Positions 1 through 12,024 are shown, counted from the first letter of the stretch. The stretch: 64,000 nt of DNA from Zootoca vivipara (GCF_963506605.1 NC_083288.1:29388001-29452000), one strand, 5' to 3'. The notes: generated by a model not told the origin, from the sequence alone. Made by a program: numbers and translations.

Positions 1-317
1 TGGGAGTGGAAGGAACAGAAGGATCTGTGATTCTCCATCTGCTATATATGCATGTGGGGGTGTTGGGAATGACCACTCCCCACATCAAATGGGGGACGGC
101 TTTTGCATGGTTGTGTGCAGCTCCCTGGATCCCTGTGCGGCTCCTGGTAGTTAAGGACTGGCTTCATCCTCCCTAGACAGGATACCTATGGTCTCCACAT
201 ACCTGCGGTACCTTGGTTTATGAACTTAATCCATTCCAGAAGTCCGTTCTTAAACCCAGAAATAAACAGTAAATTGCAAGAACTCGGGCCAGGAGGAAGA
301 TGAATTTCAAGTAAGGT

Positions 318-1075
318 ATGGTAGGCAACTTTATCATTATTACCTTGGTGTGCTGTGAAAACAGCCTTCACTCCCCAATGTACATGTTTATTGCCAACTT
401 GTCTATTTTGGAGGCTCTCTACACCACCACAGTTATCCCCAAAATGCTAGTCAACTTCATGAGTCAGAGAAAATCCATCTCCTTCCATAGTTGTATCTTG
501 CAAGCCTACATTTTCTTCTCAGCAGGTTCCAGTGAGTTCTTCCTTTTGGCTGTCATGTCGTTTGACCGCTATCTTGCCATTTGTAACCCACTGAGATATG
601 CAGCCATCATGACCATTGCCTCCAGCTTATTGCTGCTTCCTGGATGTGGGGCTTCTTTGCAGTCCTACCACCTACAGTCCTGGTAGGCCAGCTGCCATTT
701 TGTGGACCCAATGTCATTAAACATTTCTTTTGTGATGTTGACCCCTTACTCAAGCTGGCCTGCTTTGATGTAAGGAAAATTGAAATGATTAATTTTGTAA
801 GTGCAGCCTTGCTCCTTCTGGGTTCATTACTGGTGACAAGTGTGTCCTATATCTTCATCATTGGAACAGTGCTGAGGATCCCTGCAGCCAAAGGACGACA
901 GAAAGCATTCTCTACGTGTGCCTCTCACCTAATTGTGGTGACACTCTACTATGGGAGTTGCATTTTCATGTATGTACAGCCACAAAAAAATCACTCTTTG
1001 GACCTGAACAAGGTAGTCAGCATACTGAACACAGTCATAACTCCATTGCTGAACCCTTTCATTTATAGTCTGAGA
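318..1075 (+). pseudogene. Olfactory receptor pseudogene, family 6-like, copy A
   Basis: Motifs LHSPMY, MSFDRYLAIC, KAFSTC and [12 protein letters not shown] are split over ORFs 318-686 and 644-1144. A 7-bp deletion near 616 (gcgcctt, present in the copy at ~30403) shifts the frame. The sequence starts inside TM1 (MVGN) and the C-terminus is deleted after YSLR. Confidence 0.93.
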
Positions 1076-1455
1076 CAAAGCTACCCCCCCCCCCCCGGAA
1101 CCCCTTTAACGGGATTAAATCTCCAAATTCTGGGCAGACAATGACGTGATCTGCCCCCCTTTTTCTTTTATTCAAATTTGCTCCAAGAACTTCCTCGATG
1201 CACGCTACCAGGGCCTCGCAGATTTTATCCATTCAAGGCTAAAACCTTTCTGGCCACTGCCAGATCCAAAAACTTCATTGATTTATTGATAGCAGTGGGG
1301 GTGTTAAAGTAGCACCAAAATGCGTCTCTCTAGCCGAGAAGACCAAAGGATTTTGCAAGGCGGCCCTGGGCCTTTACAGCTGGGAGGAGCTCGCCCCAGC
1401 ACATCCATCTCCTTGTAAACCGGGAAACTCTGATCCGTGGGGGTCGCCCCAAATT
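1076..1455 (-). mobile_element. Fragment of the Ngaro/DIRS relic (deleted copy of ~32041-32417)
   Basis: Near-identical to 32041-32417 and partly to 9419-9692. Confidence 0.75.
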
Positions 1456-1822
1456 TGTTTTTGTTTATGTATTTATTTGTATTTGTTTATGTATTTATTT
1501 ATTCATCTTATAATTGGAACAATCAGCACATGTGTGGTTTAGTAAAGCATATACAGTACTGTCACCATTTGCACAAGTTGCACAAGTTAAAGCAGACTTG
1601 CTTTCCCACATGGAAATTGAACCTGCAACCTTGGGGTTATCAGCACTAATATCCTATCAACCCAGAAATAATACCTCAAAGTTCCCGGGTTGGTCATCTA
1701 TGGAACCTGCCACTTAGGCGTTATCAACACTAGGATGAGACCTTGGTGGTCGCCTATTCCCAACCCTTGTAATGAATAATATGCACCTATCCCATAATGA
1801 ATAATATGCACCTATCCCACCT

Positions 1823-2171
1823 GGGACCCAGGTGGCACTGTGGTTAAACCACTGAGCCTAGGGCTTGCTGATCAGAAGGTCGGCGGTTCGAATCCCTGTG
1901 ACGGGGTGAGCTCCCGTTGCTTGGTCCTAGCTCCTGCCAACCTAGCAGTTCGAAAGCACCTCAAATTGCAAGTAGATAAATAGGAACCGCTACAGCGGGA
2001 AGGTAAACGGCGTTTCCATGTGCTGCTCTGGTTTGCCAGAAGCGGCTTTGTCATGCTGGCCACATGACCTGGAAGCTATACGCCGGCACCCTCGGCCAAT
2101 AATGCGAGATGAGTGCGCAACCCCAGAGTCGGTCACGACTGGACCTAATGGTCAGGGGTCCCTTTACCTTT
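1823..2171 (+). mobile_element. Sauria SINE (tRNA-derived head, ACCTTT tail)
   Basis: GGGACCCAGGTGGC head, B-box ggttcgaatcc, tail cctttaccttt; TSD acctatccca at 1810-1819 and 2172-2181. Confidence 0.92.
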
Positions 2172-2198
2172 ACCTATCCCATGTGGGGATAGGGCCTG

Positions 2199-2710
2199 TG
2201 TCGCGGTCACACAGACCTGCACATCACCCCCGGACGTTTGACGGTCTATTGGTGATGTGCCAACGACAAACAAATACTCTCAATCACTCACACACCTCAG
2301 ACCAGGATATAGTAAAATAAAACAAGTTGGTTTAGTGAATGTTCTTATGCGTATTGGTTACTGTACAAAGCTTAAAACGGTTTCAAAATCACAGATGATT
2401 CCTATACCGGCCTAATACCTCTAAATAAGAATTACCGGCCTATTACCTCTAAAAATAACTAATAATAATTATCACTAAACTCATAACACTGTATCCTGTC
2501 TATCTCACTATTTAACAGCCACCACAATAATAACCAGCACCAGCTCCTCTCAACTATCTCACTCTCCTCACATCTAACTCTCCCAACTCTCTCATCTGCC
2601 TGCCTGCTTCACTCTATATACACCCTGCTTCTGGCTGGAGAGCTCCCATTGGTCGTTTCCCTCCCTGGCAACTTAACCCCTTCTAGGCCCTCTAGAGGTG
2701 AAACGCCACA
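2199..2710 (-). mobile_element. Solo LTR, 512 bp
   Basis: TGT...ACA termini and 5-bp TSD gcctg (2194-2198, 2711-2715). Orientation is inferred from a TATA-like element on the - strand near 2615. Confidence 0.8.
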
Positions 2711-2779
2711 GCCTGTAAAAAGAAAAAGAACAACTTGGCTCTGCCAGCACTACTATCCTGCCAATCCAGAAACGGTACC

Positions 2780-3035
2780 TCAGAGTATGTAATGCAAGAA
2801 TATGCAGCTCTCCATATGGGGATTAAACCAGTAACCTTGGGGTTGTCAGCACTGATTATCCTGTAAACCCAGGAATAGTATCACAGAGTGTTCCTTGGTG
2901 ATCATCTAGTCCAACCCCCTGTAATGCAAGGATATGCAGCCTTCCCATATGGGGATAGAATCTGGAACCTTGGCATTATTAAACTGTAGAGTTGGAAAGG
3001 ATCCTGAAAGTCATCTAGTACAACCCCCTGCAGCA
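2780..3035 (-). repeat. Degenerate tandem fragments of a tRNA-headed, CR1-tailed SINE (also 1600-1820; paralogous 34615-36050)
   Basis: Repeated catctagtccaaccccctg.aatgca...cccatatgggga..gaa.ctg.aaccttgg motifs. Confidence 0.65.
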
Positions 3036-3349
3036 CACTTGGTCTCTGCAACTGTGCTAGCTGCTTTAATTCTGCACCACTTCTGATCTTACAAGTTTCA
3101 TGAAGAAGATTCCAAATCCCACCTAGAAGTGTCAGGGACCCTCTGCATGCAAAGCAGATTATCGTGCACTGTGGTACAGCTCTAAGATTTGGTTAAGTAA
3201 TTAGGCCAAAGGTCATTTAGCAATCTCGACGATTCACCGGAGATTGGAATAATATAATTATTAATTATTATTGATTGGTTTCCCTTTTATTTATTTCTTT
3301 CTATATTAAGTATTTTATTATTTATTTATTTATTAAAATTCTTACTACT

Positions 3350-3860
3350 CCTGATTATTATCAAGTAAACTACTGTTTATGCAAGGTAAGCATAAACCAG
3401 GGGTTCCTAAACTAAGGCCCGGGGGCCAGATGCGGCCCAATCGCCTTCTAAATCCGGCCCGTGGACGGTCCGAGAATCAGCATGTTTTTATATGAGTAGA
3501 ATGTGTCCTTTAATTTAAATGCAACTCTGGATTCTTTGTGGGGCATAGGAATTCTTCATATATATAGTCCGGCCCCCCCACCAGGTCTGAGGGACAGTGG
3601 ACCGGCCTCCTGCTGAAAAAGTTTGCTGACCCCTAGGCTAAACCAACAGCAATGAAATTAAAATGTTAGATGCAGTAATATAACATATGGAAAATACAGA
3701 GGACGCCAATGCAGCTATGATTTTTATCGAGTAAAATTTACCATTAATGCAAGGCAAGCATAAATTAACAGCTACAAAATTAAAATGTTAATTGCTGTAA
3801 TATAAAATTTAAAAATACGAAGGATGCCAATGCAGCTATTAGGGTAAAATAATCAAGCAA
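3350..3860. repeat. Degenerate ~120-bp AT-rich tandem repeat (paralog 36360-37100)
   Basis: Recurrent gcaagg.aagcataaa, aattaaaatgtta and gccaatgcagctat units. Confidence 0.7.
3398..3635. mobile_element. hAT (Charlie-like) MITE
   Basis: CAGGGG...CCCCTA ends, internal ggccc motifs, degenerate 8-bp TSD gcataaac/ggctaaac. Paralog at 36409-36645. Confidence 0.75.
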
Positions 3861-4779
3861 CAGTAACACCAGTAAAACAATGTAGCAACATACTGCTCAA
3901 GGCAACAACAATATAACCCTCGTAGAGGTTCAACTAAATGAGACCATAAATTAATTAAGGGGAATATAGGCTGTGCTTTGTTGACCCTATAAGCTTCTGT
4001 GTCAGGTGAGCACGTATTCCCGCCCGTTACACACTTACTTAATTCCAACAATAAATCCAATTGCTGTGGGGATCTGAGCGGGCTGAGAGCCGGGGCGAAG
4101 GAGACTGAGCTCCCGTCTCTGGCTCGTTTAGAAGAGGGGTAGCCCCACCTCCCAGCCAACCCTACTGGTTGGCCCGGGTATGACGGAGGCGGGAACTCCC
4201 ATCTCGCGAGGGGGCTGAGCGCTCAGCCCCCATCGCGAGAGTTCGCTCAGGCCACGCCCACAACCCCACCTCCGTGAGATGCGGAAGTGGCTTAATGATG
4301 AGGCTGAGAATGACATGAAAACTCTATTGTGTGAGTCTCAGATGAAGAAAATGAAACCTCAAGATAAAATGTTTTACTTGCTTAATGACAATTATGCAGC
4401 TGCATTTCTGAGAGACATCAATTTCAAGATTTAAATTTGATTTTATTAGATTTTATATTATTTATATTTATTTATTTATTTGATTTGATTAGATTTTAAT
4501 TGGTGTGCTCCCAATATTTACTTAGTCCTAGTCCATATTTACTAGTCCTAGTCCAACACTCTAAGCGCTACACTGTACTGGCTCAGAATAGTCAGAATAA
4601 TTTATTTATGTTAATCAGATTCAGTACTTAATTGGAGTTGCAGCTTGTTATCTTGGACAATAAAAAAGATATAACAACCATGTAGGTTATGAAATCAGTT
4701 TTCCATTCATCAACCCTTCACTCTTAAGCATCCCTTACATAAGACTGAAGTTAAGGGTCAGGGTTTAAAGATAGAGGGG

Positions 4780-4998
4780 AAATAATGGCAGGAAATATAG
4801 ACAATTGCATCACTTGTTTTGTAAATCAGGATTTGCAAATCCTCATGGTGATGTTCTCCAAGGAGGGACTCTCTGAAACACTCCAGAAAGCAGGGAGGCT
4901 CAATTGATCCCTCTTTGTCACAAACTATAAATCATCTACTAAAGACCGCACTCCAACATTTTGACACTTTCGTCTTCCAGACAAAGACAGAGGTGAGT
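4780..4998 (+). promoter_or_regulatory. Putative OR promoter and non-coding exon 1 with splice donor
   Basis: O/E(Ebf)-like ttctccaaggag, TATAAAT at 4926, donor ag|GTGAGT at 4993, matching acceptor ctaattttAG at 5630-5631. The module recurs upstream of each paralog. Confidence 0.6.
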
Positions 4999-5720
4999 AG
5001 AATCCTATTAGCTCATCCTCAGTGCAGACTAGGGCACATATTTCAGTTCCGAAAAAACTGAAAAAAAGGTTTAATACAATAGTAAAGTGCTATGATGTAT
5101 CATGCATTCTTATATCTTCCCATGTGTTTAGAACATCATAGCACTTTACTATCGGACTTGATTATTGCACTTTATACTGGACTTTTAAGACTTCGAGCAT
5201 GAGATTTTGTACACATTTTTGAAACTCCTTGTCTAGGTGAAGGTTGCTGGTGCATATATTTTTAAATATTTGCACTTCACGGTGGTTTACCTTTTCATTG
5301 TTTTGCTAACATTACCGTGTTGTCTGTTTGTTGCTATTTACATCTAATAGCAAGGTTGCCCTTATGATCTATGGATCTAGGATTTGATTCTGCTTTCTCA
5401 TTCTTAATTCAACATGAAACCAATATGTGTCTTTGCTGAGATGCTCCCCATGCTCCCTGCCAACACTAAAATTCTATTAGTACTGTACTAGGGAGTATGA
5501 ATGATGTCAGTTGAATGTCTACTGCTGGCATCACTAATTCCCACATATTGAGAAAGGGGGCAAACACCACATACAATTGCCTGCATATTCCCTCAACCAA
5601 TCGACTTTCATTAACTCCTTTCTAATTTTAGCTGTTACAAACACCTCTGCTGGTGTTGCCAAAACACAATAACAGAGCTACTCTTCAAGAATTTGTTCGA
5701 TGAAATATTAAAGAATTAAG

Positions 5721-6656
5721 ATGACCAACCATTCTACAGTGACAGAATTTCTTCTGATGGGGTTTTCCAGTGACCGAGAAGAAGAACTGTTTTATCTTGT
5801 GATATTTCTCTCCATTTATTTAATAGCCTTAGTGGGAAATTTCCTCATCATCATTGCTGTTGCTCTGAACCACAAACTGCACACTCCTATGTACTTCTTT
5901 CTGGTCAACCTATCATTATCAGACATTTGCTACATCTCAACCACAATCCCCAAATCCATAGCTGCTTCTTTGTCAGATGACAAAAGGATTTCTTTTGCTG
6001 GCTGTGTCGCACAGGTTTTCTTAGTTTTCACTTTTGCAGGTTCTGAGCTTGCCTTGCTCACGATCATGGCTTATGATCGCTATGTTGCAATCTGCCATCC
6101 TCTGCAGTATGAGCTAATCATGAACTGGGATGCCTGCATCCAAATGGCAGCTGCTTCCTGGATAAGCACCCCAATCCATTCATCGTTACATACCATTATC
6201 ACTTTCAGGCTACATTTCTGTGGGTCCAATATTATTGGGCAGTATTTCTGTGATATTCCTCAGCTGCTAAAGATTTCTTGTACTGACACAAAGCTTAACC
6301 AAATTTTGATTTTTGCCATTGGGATTATAGTAGATTCATTTTGTGGAGGGTTCATCTTTGTTTCCTATGGCTACATCTTCTCTGCTGTGCTGAGAATCCC
6401 ATCTGTTCAAGGCAGATATAAAGCTTTCTCTACCTGCATCCCCCACCTGACTGTCTTTTCTATATTCATCATCACAGCTGTGTTTTCATACATGAGACCT
6501 AAAGAGCTTTCTTCTACAATGATGGATTTGCTCTCTGCTGTATTGTATAATGTTTTGCCACCACTACTGAATCCCATTATTTATAGCTTGCGGAACAAAG
6601 ACATCCAAGAGGCCGTGTTGAAAATACCGGAAAGAATTAGAAATCTCCTAGCATGA
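5721..6656 (+). CDS. Olfactory receptor, class II, family 14-like (311 aa)
   Basis: Single-exon 7TM ORF with N-glycosylation site NHS, GN, LHTPMYFFL, MAYDRYVAIC, KAFSTC and PPLLNPIIYSLRN. Confidence 0.97.
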   Translation: MTNHSTVTEFLLMGFSSDREEELFYLVIFLSIYLIALVGNFLIIIAVALNHKLHTPMYFFLVNLSLSDICYISTTIPKSIAASLSDDKRISFAGCVAQVFLVFTFAGSELALLTIMAYDRYVAICHPLQYELIMNWDACIQMAAASWISTPIHSSLHTIITFRLHFCGSNIIGQYFCDIPQLLKISCTDTKLNQILIFAIGIIVDSFCGGFIFVSYGYIFSAVLRIPSVQGRYKAFSTCIPHLTVFSIFIITAVFSYMRPKELSSTMMDLLSAVLYNVLPPLLNPIIYSLRNKDIQEAVLKIPERIRNLLA

Positions 6657-6851
6657 TTTCTTGCACGTTGTCTCATACACATCACAAGTCCTGTGCATTG
6701 CATAAAAATGCAAGTGTCAGTCGAAATACCATAAAAATCATTTTTTATGTAATTGTGTGTTTCAAATAGAAGCGCATTGGGCAGATTTGCATTTAAAATG
6801 TTTATATTAGGAACGTTTCACACAAAAAGCCTGATGAGTTTTCATTAGGAC

Positions 6852-6854
<3 letters not shown>

Positions 6855-6896
<42 letters not shown>
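6855..6896. repeat. (CA)n microsatellite (paralogs ~10771-10828, 14500-14535, 41914-41948)
   Basis: Read directly from the sequence. Confidence 0.95.
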
Positions 6897-6899
<3 letters not shown>

Positions 6900-7417
6900 G
6901 ACAATGTGGAAATGTGAGGAACTGGATCGAATGCTAAGAAACTGAAAGAAAATGAAATTGACACATTCAACCTTGCTACTCCCAGCCTGCTAAATTGGGT
7001 TTCTTTTTGAGTGGGGGTGTTAGGTGGGAGGAAGGGTAGAATAAGTCTTTGCACAAGTGATGAGGTCACTGGACCACATTTGAATCCAATACTCTGTCCT
7101 GAGTTTCTCACATAACTGTGGCCCCTCCTCTTTCACTGTTTTAGAGGTGTGTTATTCTAGCACCATTCTTACTGGGTCATGCATGTCAGGGTGCATGGTT
7201 AATTTTATTGGCATTTCTTTTTTAAAAGAGCTATATCACTTCAGTTCAATGAGTATCGGAATACTTAATGTGTTTATTAGTAGTAGCTGTTTTGAGTCCG
7301 TATAATACACAAACACACACATACAAGTTCACTTTGGTTGCTTTATGTTGGCTTGAGGATTAGGTGCAAATTTTGATGGGTTATTTTACCTAGGATTCTT
7401 GGTGTAGTATTCCTAAA

Positions 7418-7716
7418 TAGATTCATTTTGTGGAGGGTCCATCTTTGTTTCCTATGGCGACATGTTCTCTGCTGTGCTGGGGATCCCATCTGTTCAAGGT
7501 AGATATAAAGCATTCTCTACCTGTACCCCCACCTGACTATATTCTTTATTTATTAGCAGAGCTGTGTTTTCATACACAAAAACTAAAGTGTTTTCCTCTA
7601 CAGATTTGCTCCCTTCTGTACTGTATACTGTTTTGCCACCATTACTGAATCCCATAATTATCTATAGCTTCAGAAACAAGAACATCCAAGAGACCGTGCT
7701 GTAAATACCGAAAAAG
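7418..7716 (+). pseudogene. Truncated OR14-like TM5-TM7 fragment
   Basis: Degenerate copy of ~6333-6630 (ttcattttgtggaggg...tatagcttcagaaacaag) with frameshifts. Confidence 0.85.
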
Positions 7717-8338
7717 GAGTATGAGGACCAGATCAAGGGTACTGGATCACAATGAAATGGCAAAAATTAACCACTAGACTAAGAGGACATAATGAGGAAG
7801 TGCATAAGGAGGAATTGAGAAGAAGGGGTTGTGTGTTTTTGTTTTTTGTTTTTTTGTTTTTGTTTTGAAAATACATTTGTCAATGCCAATAAATGTTTTG
7901 GAATATTTTCGGATAAAATGTTGTGTGGTAATCTGATGAGTTAATACAAATAAAATTAATCTGATCTGTTCACTTTTTTCCTGCAATCTAAATAATGTTC
8001 ACGCAAAATAAGCTCAACTGAATTCATTTACGCTTATTGCTAGATAAATGGGATCATCTTAACTGAGCGTCCGCCTTGCATGTGGGCCCAAGGCACCCCC
8101 CCCCCACTATCCTTGAGGGGGTGGGAGACTGAGCCCAGCCCACATGATGCTCCCATGATCACACCATGGCCTATTGGCCAATCAGAGATCAGTGGTGTGA
8201 TTGTGGGGGCATATAAAAGGTGGTGGTGCGTTTCTGGGGATTCACCTGGATTCTCTGTCTCGCTTTCAGATGGACCACTTTAGATCTTTGGCACCGGATG
8301 CACAGCAGTTGCTGGAGCCTTTTCCAGTGTACCTATGG

Positions 8339-8427
8339 CATAGCTGCCAAGTTTTCCCTTTTCTTGTGAGGAAGCCTATTCAGCATAAGGGAAAATCCTT
8401 TAAAAAAGGGATAACTTGGCAGCTATG
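8339..8427. mobile_element. 89-bp hAT MITE
   Basis: TIR catagctgccaagtt/aacttggcagctatg; perfect 8-bp TSD acctatgg. Confidence 0.9.
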
Positions 8428-8581
8428 ACCTATGGAGCCTTGGAAGCGCATTTAGATCTTACAAGAAAGCCTGGGCTGATTATATATTTTAAGACTCTTA
8501 AAATCCACTCTGCTGCCATTTCTTTTTTCAGCAAATCCCTGTTTGCCCATGATCTGTGTGCGGCTTTTGTGCTCCGGAAGG

Positions 8582-8801
8582 CACAAAAAATCACTCTTTG
8601 GACCTGAACAAGGTAGTCAGCATACTGAACACAGTCATAACTCCATTGCTGAACCCTTTCATTTATAGTCTGAGAAACAAGAAAGTCAAGGAGGCCCTGA
8701 AACACCTTGCCAGGAGAAAGACTTCCCCTTTAATTAAGCTCAGATTTCTGAATCAGGAAAAGGGGCCTATGCACTGTGTAGTATTGAATAATGGAAGTTG
8801 A
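8582..8801 (+). pseudogene. OR family 6-like 3' fragment, copy B
   Basis: [38 protein letters not shown] matches 31204-31423. Confidence 0.9.
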
Positions 8802-9148
8802 TAAAGGTGGGGAGGTTGATGAGAAGGTGTACACACATCAACACTGGAACAATGGTTCAGCTGAATATTCTAGATGTGAGATCATTGTCCTGGGGAACAT
8901 GTAATCTTTGTTACTGTTCAAAATCTCTAACACATGTGGCGTGGTGGAGCTTCTGGCTTTCAGTGAGGCGATATTCATTTAAAAATTTACTCAGTGATGA
9001 ATCTGACAGGACAGTCTTTGCATAGCTGTCTTACAGCCTCAGCTACTTCAGAGACTTGGTTTGAAAACAGTAACACTATAATCCACTTTTTTGACTTTTT
9101 GAGTTCCTGTGAAAAGTGGTGTATAGCTGTTCTTAGTAATTGTGATTG

Positions 9149-9692
9149 TGTGGCGATGTCCCTTGCTCCAAAGGAAAATAAGACACTGTGAAATGAATTT
9201 TAAGAGGGCGAAAAGGCCACAACTTTATTGGTTTTGGTTGTTGAGCGGTATTGGCTTAGGCATTGGAACCTAACAGGCTATATCCAACTGTAACCCGTGT
9301 GTTACAGTCTGGGAGAAATTAACCACCAGAAAGGAGCCCAATGATGTACATCTACTGAGACACCTCCTATGGCCACCGTTGGGGGGTGCCATAAGGCCCA
9401 GACCTCCGCAGGCTCAGGACAAAGCTACCCCCCCGGAATCCCTTTAACGGGATCAAATTTCCAAACTCTGGGCAGACGATGACGTGATCTGCCCCCCTTT
9501 TTCTTTTATGCAAATTTGCTCCAAGAACTTCCTCGATGCACGCCACCAGGGCCTCGCAGAGTTTGTCCATTCAAGGCTAATACCTTTCTGGCCACTGCCA
9601 GATCCAAAAACTTCATTGATTTATCGATAGCAGTGGGGGTGTGAAAGTAGCACCAAAATGCGTCTCTCTAGCCGAGAAGACCAAAGGATTTT
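9149..9692 (-). mobile_element. 3' end of the Ngaro/DIRS relic (paralog of 31771-32318)
   Basis: Near-identical to 31771-32318; aataaagttgtggcc terminal motif on - at 9215-9229. Confidence 0.72.
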
Positions 9693-10487
9693 GATCTTTT
9701 GATCCCTACAGAAAGCAGGGAGGCTCAATTGATCCCTCTTTGTCACAAACTATAAATCATCTACTAAAGACCGCACTCCAACATTTTGACACTTTCGTCT
9801 TCCAGACAAAGACAGAGGTGAGTAGAATCCTATTAGCTCATCCTCAGTGCAGACTAGGGCACATATTTCAGTTCCGAAAAAACTGAATAAAAGGTTTAAT
9901 ACAATAGTAAAGTGCTATGATGTATCATGCATTCTTATATCTTCCCATGTGTTTAGAACATCATAGCACTTTACTTTGTCACAAAGAGAGAGGTAAGTAG
10001 AATCCTATTAGCTCATCCTCTGTGCAGACTAGGGCACATATTTCAGTTCTGAAAAGACTGAAAAAAGGTTTAATACACCGTTGGGATTAATGAAGACATG
10101 GTTATTCTGTGAAAAAATAGGTAGTATTTATAGATAAGAGATAATAAAGTTGTGTTTCAAAATTCTGAGATTCTTATCAAAAATTCTGAGCTCTCACCAA
10201 AGCCAAATGATTTTTCATTGATGCTAGGTGGTGTGTGATTTGCTTTTTAAAAATAGTGAGAGCTGGAATTGTTAAATTAAGTTACTGTCCCAGTCATGAA
10301 AATTTAGCTGATGGATTTACAAAACCGCTTGGGTTTCAGCATCATGAAGAATTTTGTGAAGAAATGGGTCTGAAATAACTTTGTAGGACTGTTTATTTTT
10401 TGCCAGCGAGAGGGGGTGTTAGGGCTTTAAACCTGAGACGCTGGCAAATTAGCAAGGTCATGTGATTTAAGTTGTTAAGTTGTTAAG

Positions 10488-10573
10488 ATCCCATTATTTA
10501 TAGCTTGCGGAACAAAGACATCCAAGAGGCTGTGTTGAAAATACCGAAAAGAATTAGAAATCTCCTAGCATGA
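10488..10573 (+). pseudogene. OR14-like C-terminal fragment with duplicated 3' flank (to ~11219)
   Basis: PIIYSLRNKDIQEAVLKIPKRIRNLLA* matches the end of 13365-14300. Confidence 0.9.
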
Positions 10574-10784
10574 TTTCTTGCAGGGTGTCTCATACACATC
10601 ACAAGTCCTGTGCATTGCATAAAAATGCAAATGTCAGTGAAAATACCTTAAAATGCATTTTTTTTATGTTACTGTGTGTTGCAAATAGAAGTGTATTGGG
10701 CAGATTTGCATTTAAAATGTTTATATTAGGAACACTTCACACAAAAAGCCTGATGAGTTTTCATTGACCTTACACACACACACA

Positions 10785-10832
<48 letters not shown>

Positions 10833-12024
10833 GACGATGTGGAAACGTGAGGAACTGGATTGTATGCTAAGAAATGGAAAGAAATTGAAATTGACACATT
10901 CAACCTGGCTACTCCCAGCTTGCTAAATTGGGTTTCTTTTTGAGTGGGGGTGTTAGGTGGGAGGCAGGGTAGAATAAGTCTTTGCACAAGTGATGAGGTC
11001 TCTGGACCACATTTGAATCCAATACTCTGTCCTGAGTTTCTCACATAACTGTGGCCCCTCCTCCTTCACTGCTTTAGAGGTGCGTTATTCTAGCACCATA
11101 CTTACTAGGTCATGCATTTCGGTGTGCATGGTTAATTTTATTGGCATTTCTTTTTTAAAAGAGCTATATCAGTTCAGTTCAATGAGTATCGGAATACTTA
11201 ATGTGTTTATTAGTAGTAGGACTGTTTATTTTTTGCCAGCGAGAGGGGGTGTTAGGGCTTTAAACCTGAGACGCTGGCAAATTAGCAAGGTCATGTGATT
11301 TAAGTTGTTAAGTTGTTAAGATGCTCAGTATATATAGAGCGTTTGTTTTGTTTGCCTGTGTGGTGTGGAGCAGTCATGTCTGAAAGCTCTGGAGGTGTTT
11401 CAGTTATGCAATCAATCTGTCTGTAGAAAATTGGGCTTCAGTGGGTCGTTTCTGCTGCCAAGCTACAAGGTTTTTACCACAAAAAGAATACAGATGCTGT
11501 GCTTAATGCTCTGCAAAGAGAACTGTTTCTGGTCTGTGCAGCGCAAGCGTTTTACTGGACCAGAGCAGAAAACCTCTTATGCTGTTTGTGGGTGCTTATT
11601 GGTAACATAAATAACCTGTGATGGGAGGGAGAGAAGGGGCTGAAATTATTCAACACGCTTCTCAGAAAACTATCATATGTGAAATTTCTGCTCACTTAAT
11701 GTCGAATAAAATTGCTGCATTGGTAGTTCACATCAAAAGATCATGGAAGCAATTGGCAAAGTAGTGAGGACTTTACAGATCCATGGATCTAGGAATAAAG
11801 ATGAAACCCATAACAGTATTGTTTCTCAAACCAGCTACACTTCAGCTAGAGTCCTTCAGCCTTTCCTAATTTACCCCCAACCAAGGTGTGAACACCTAAC
11901 ACACCCATATCCTATTTCATAGCATAAAATTTTGCTTTGGATCCTTCCCAAGTTTCTTTTACCAAAACTATTGCTCCAGTTTATAATCATGGACCTATTT
12001 CAGATGGTGTGCTCCCAATATTTA

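Noticed and set aside
6845-7111. Conserved-looking 86-107 aa minus-strand ORF (MRNSGQ...) repeated four times
   Set aside because: It has a GTG start, runs into a (TG)n microsatellite, and its recurrence is explained by segmental duplication.
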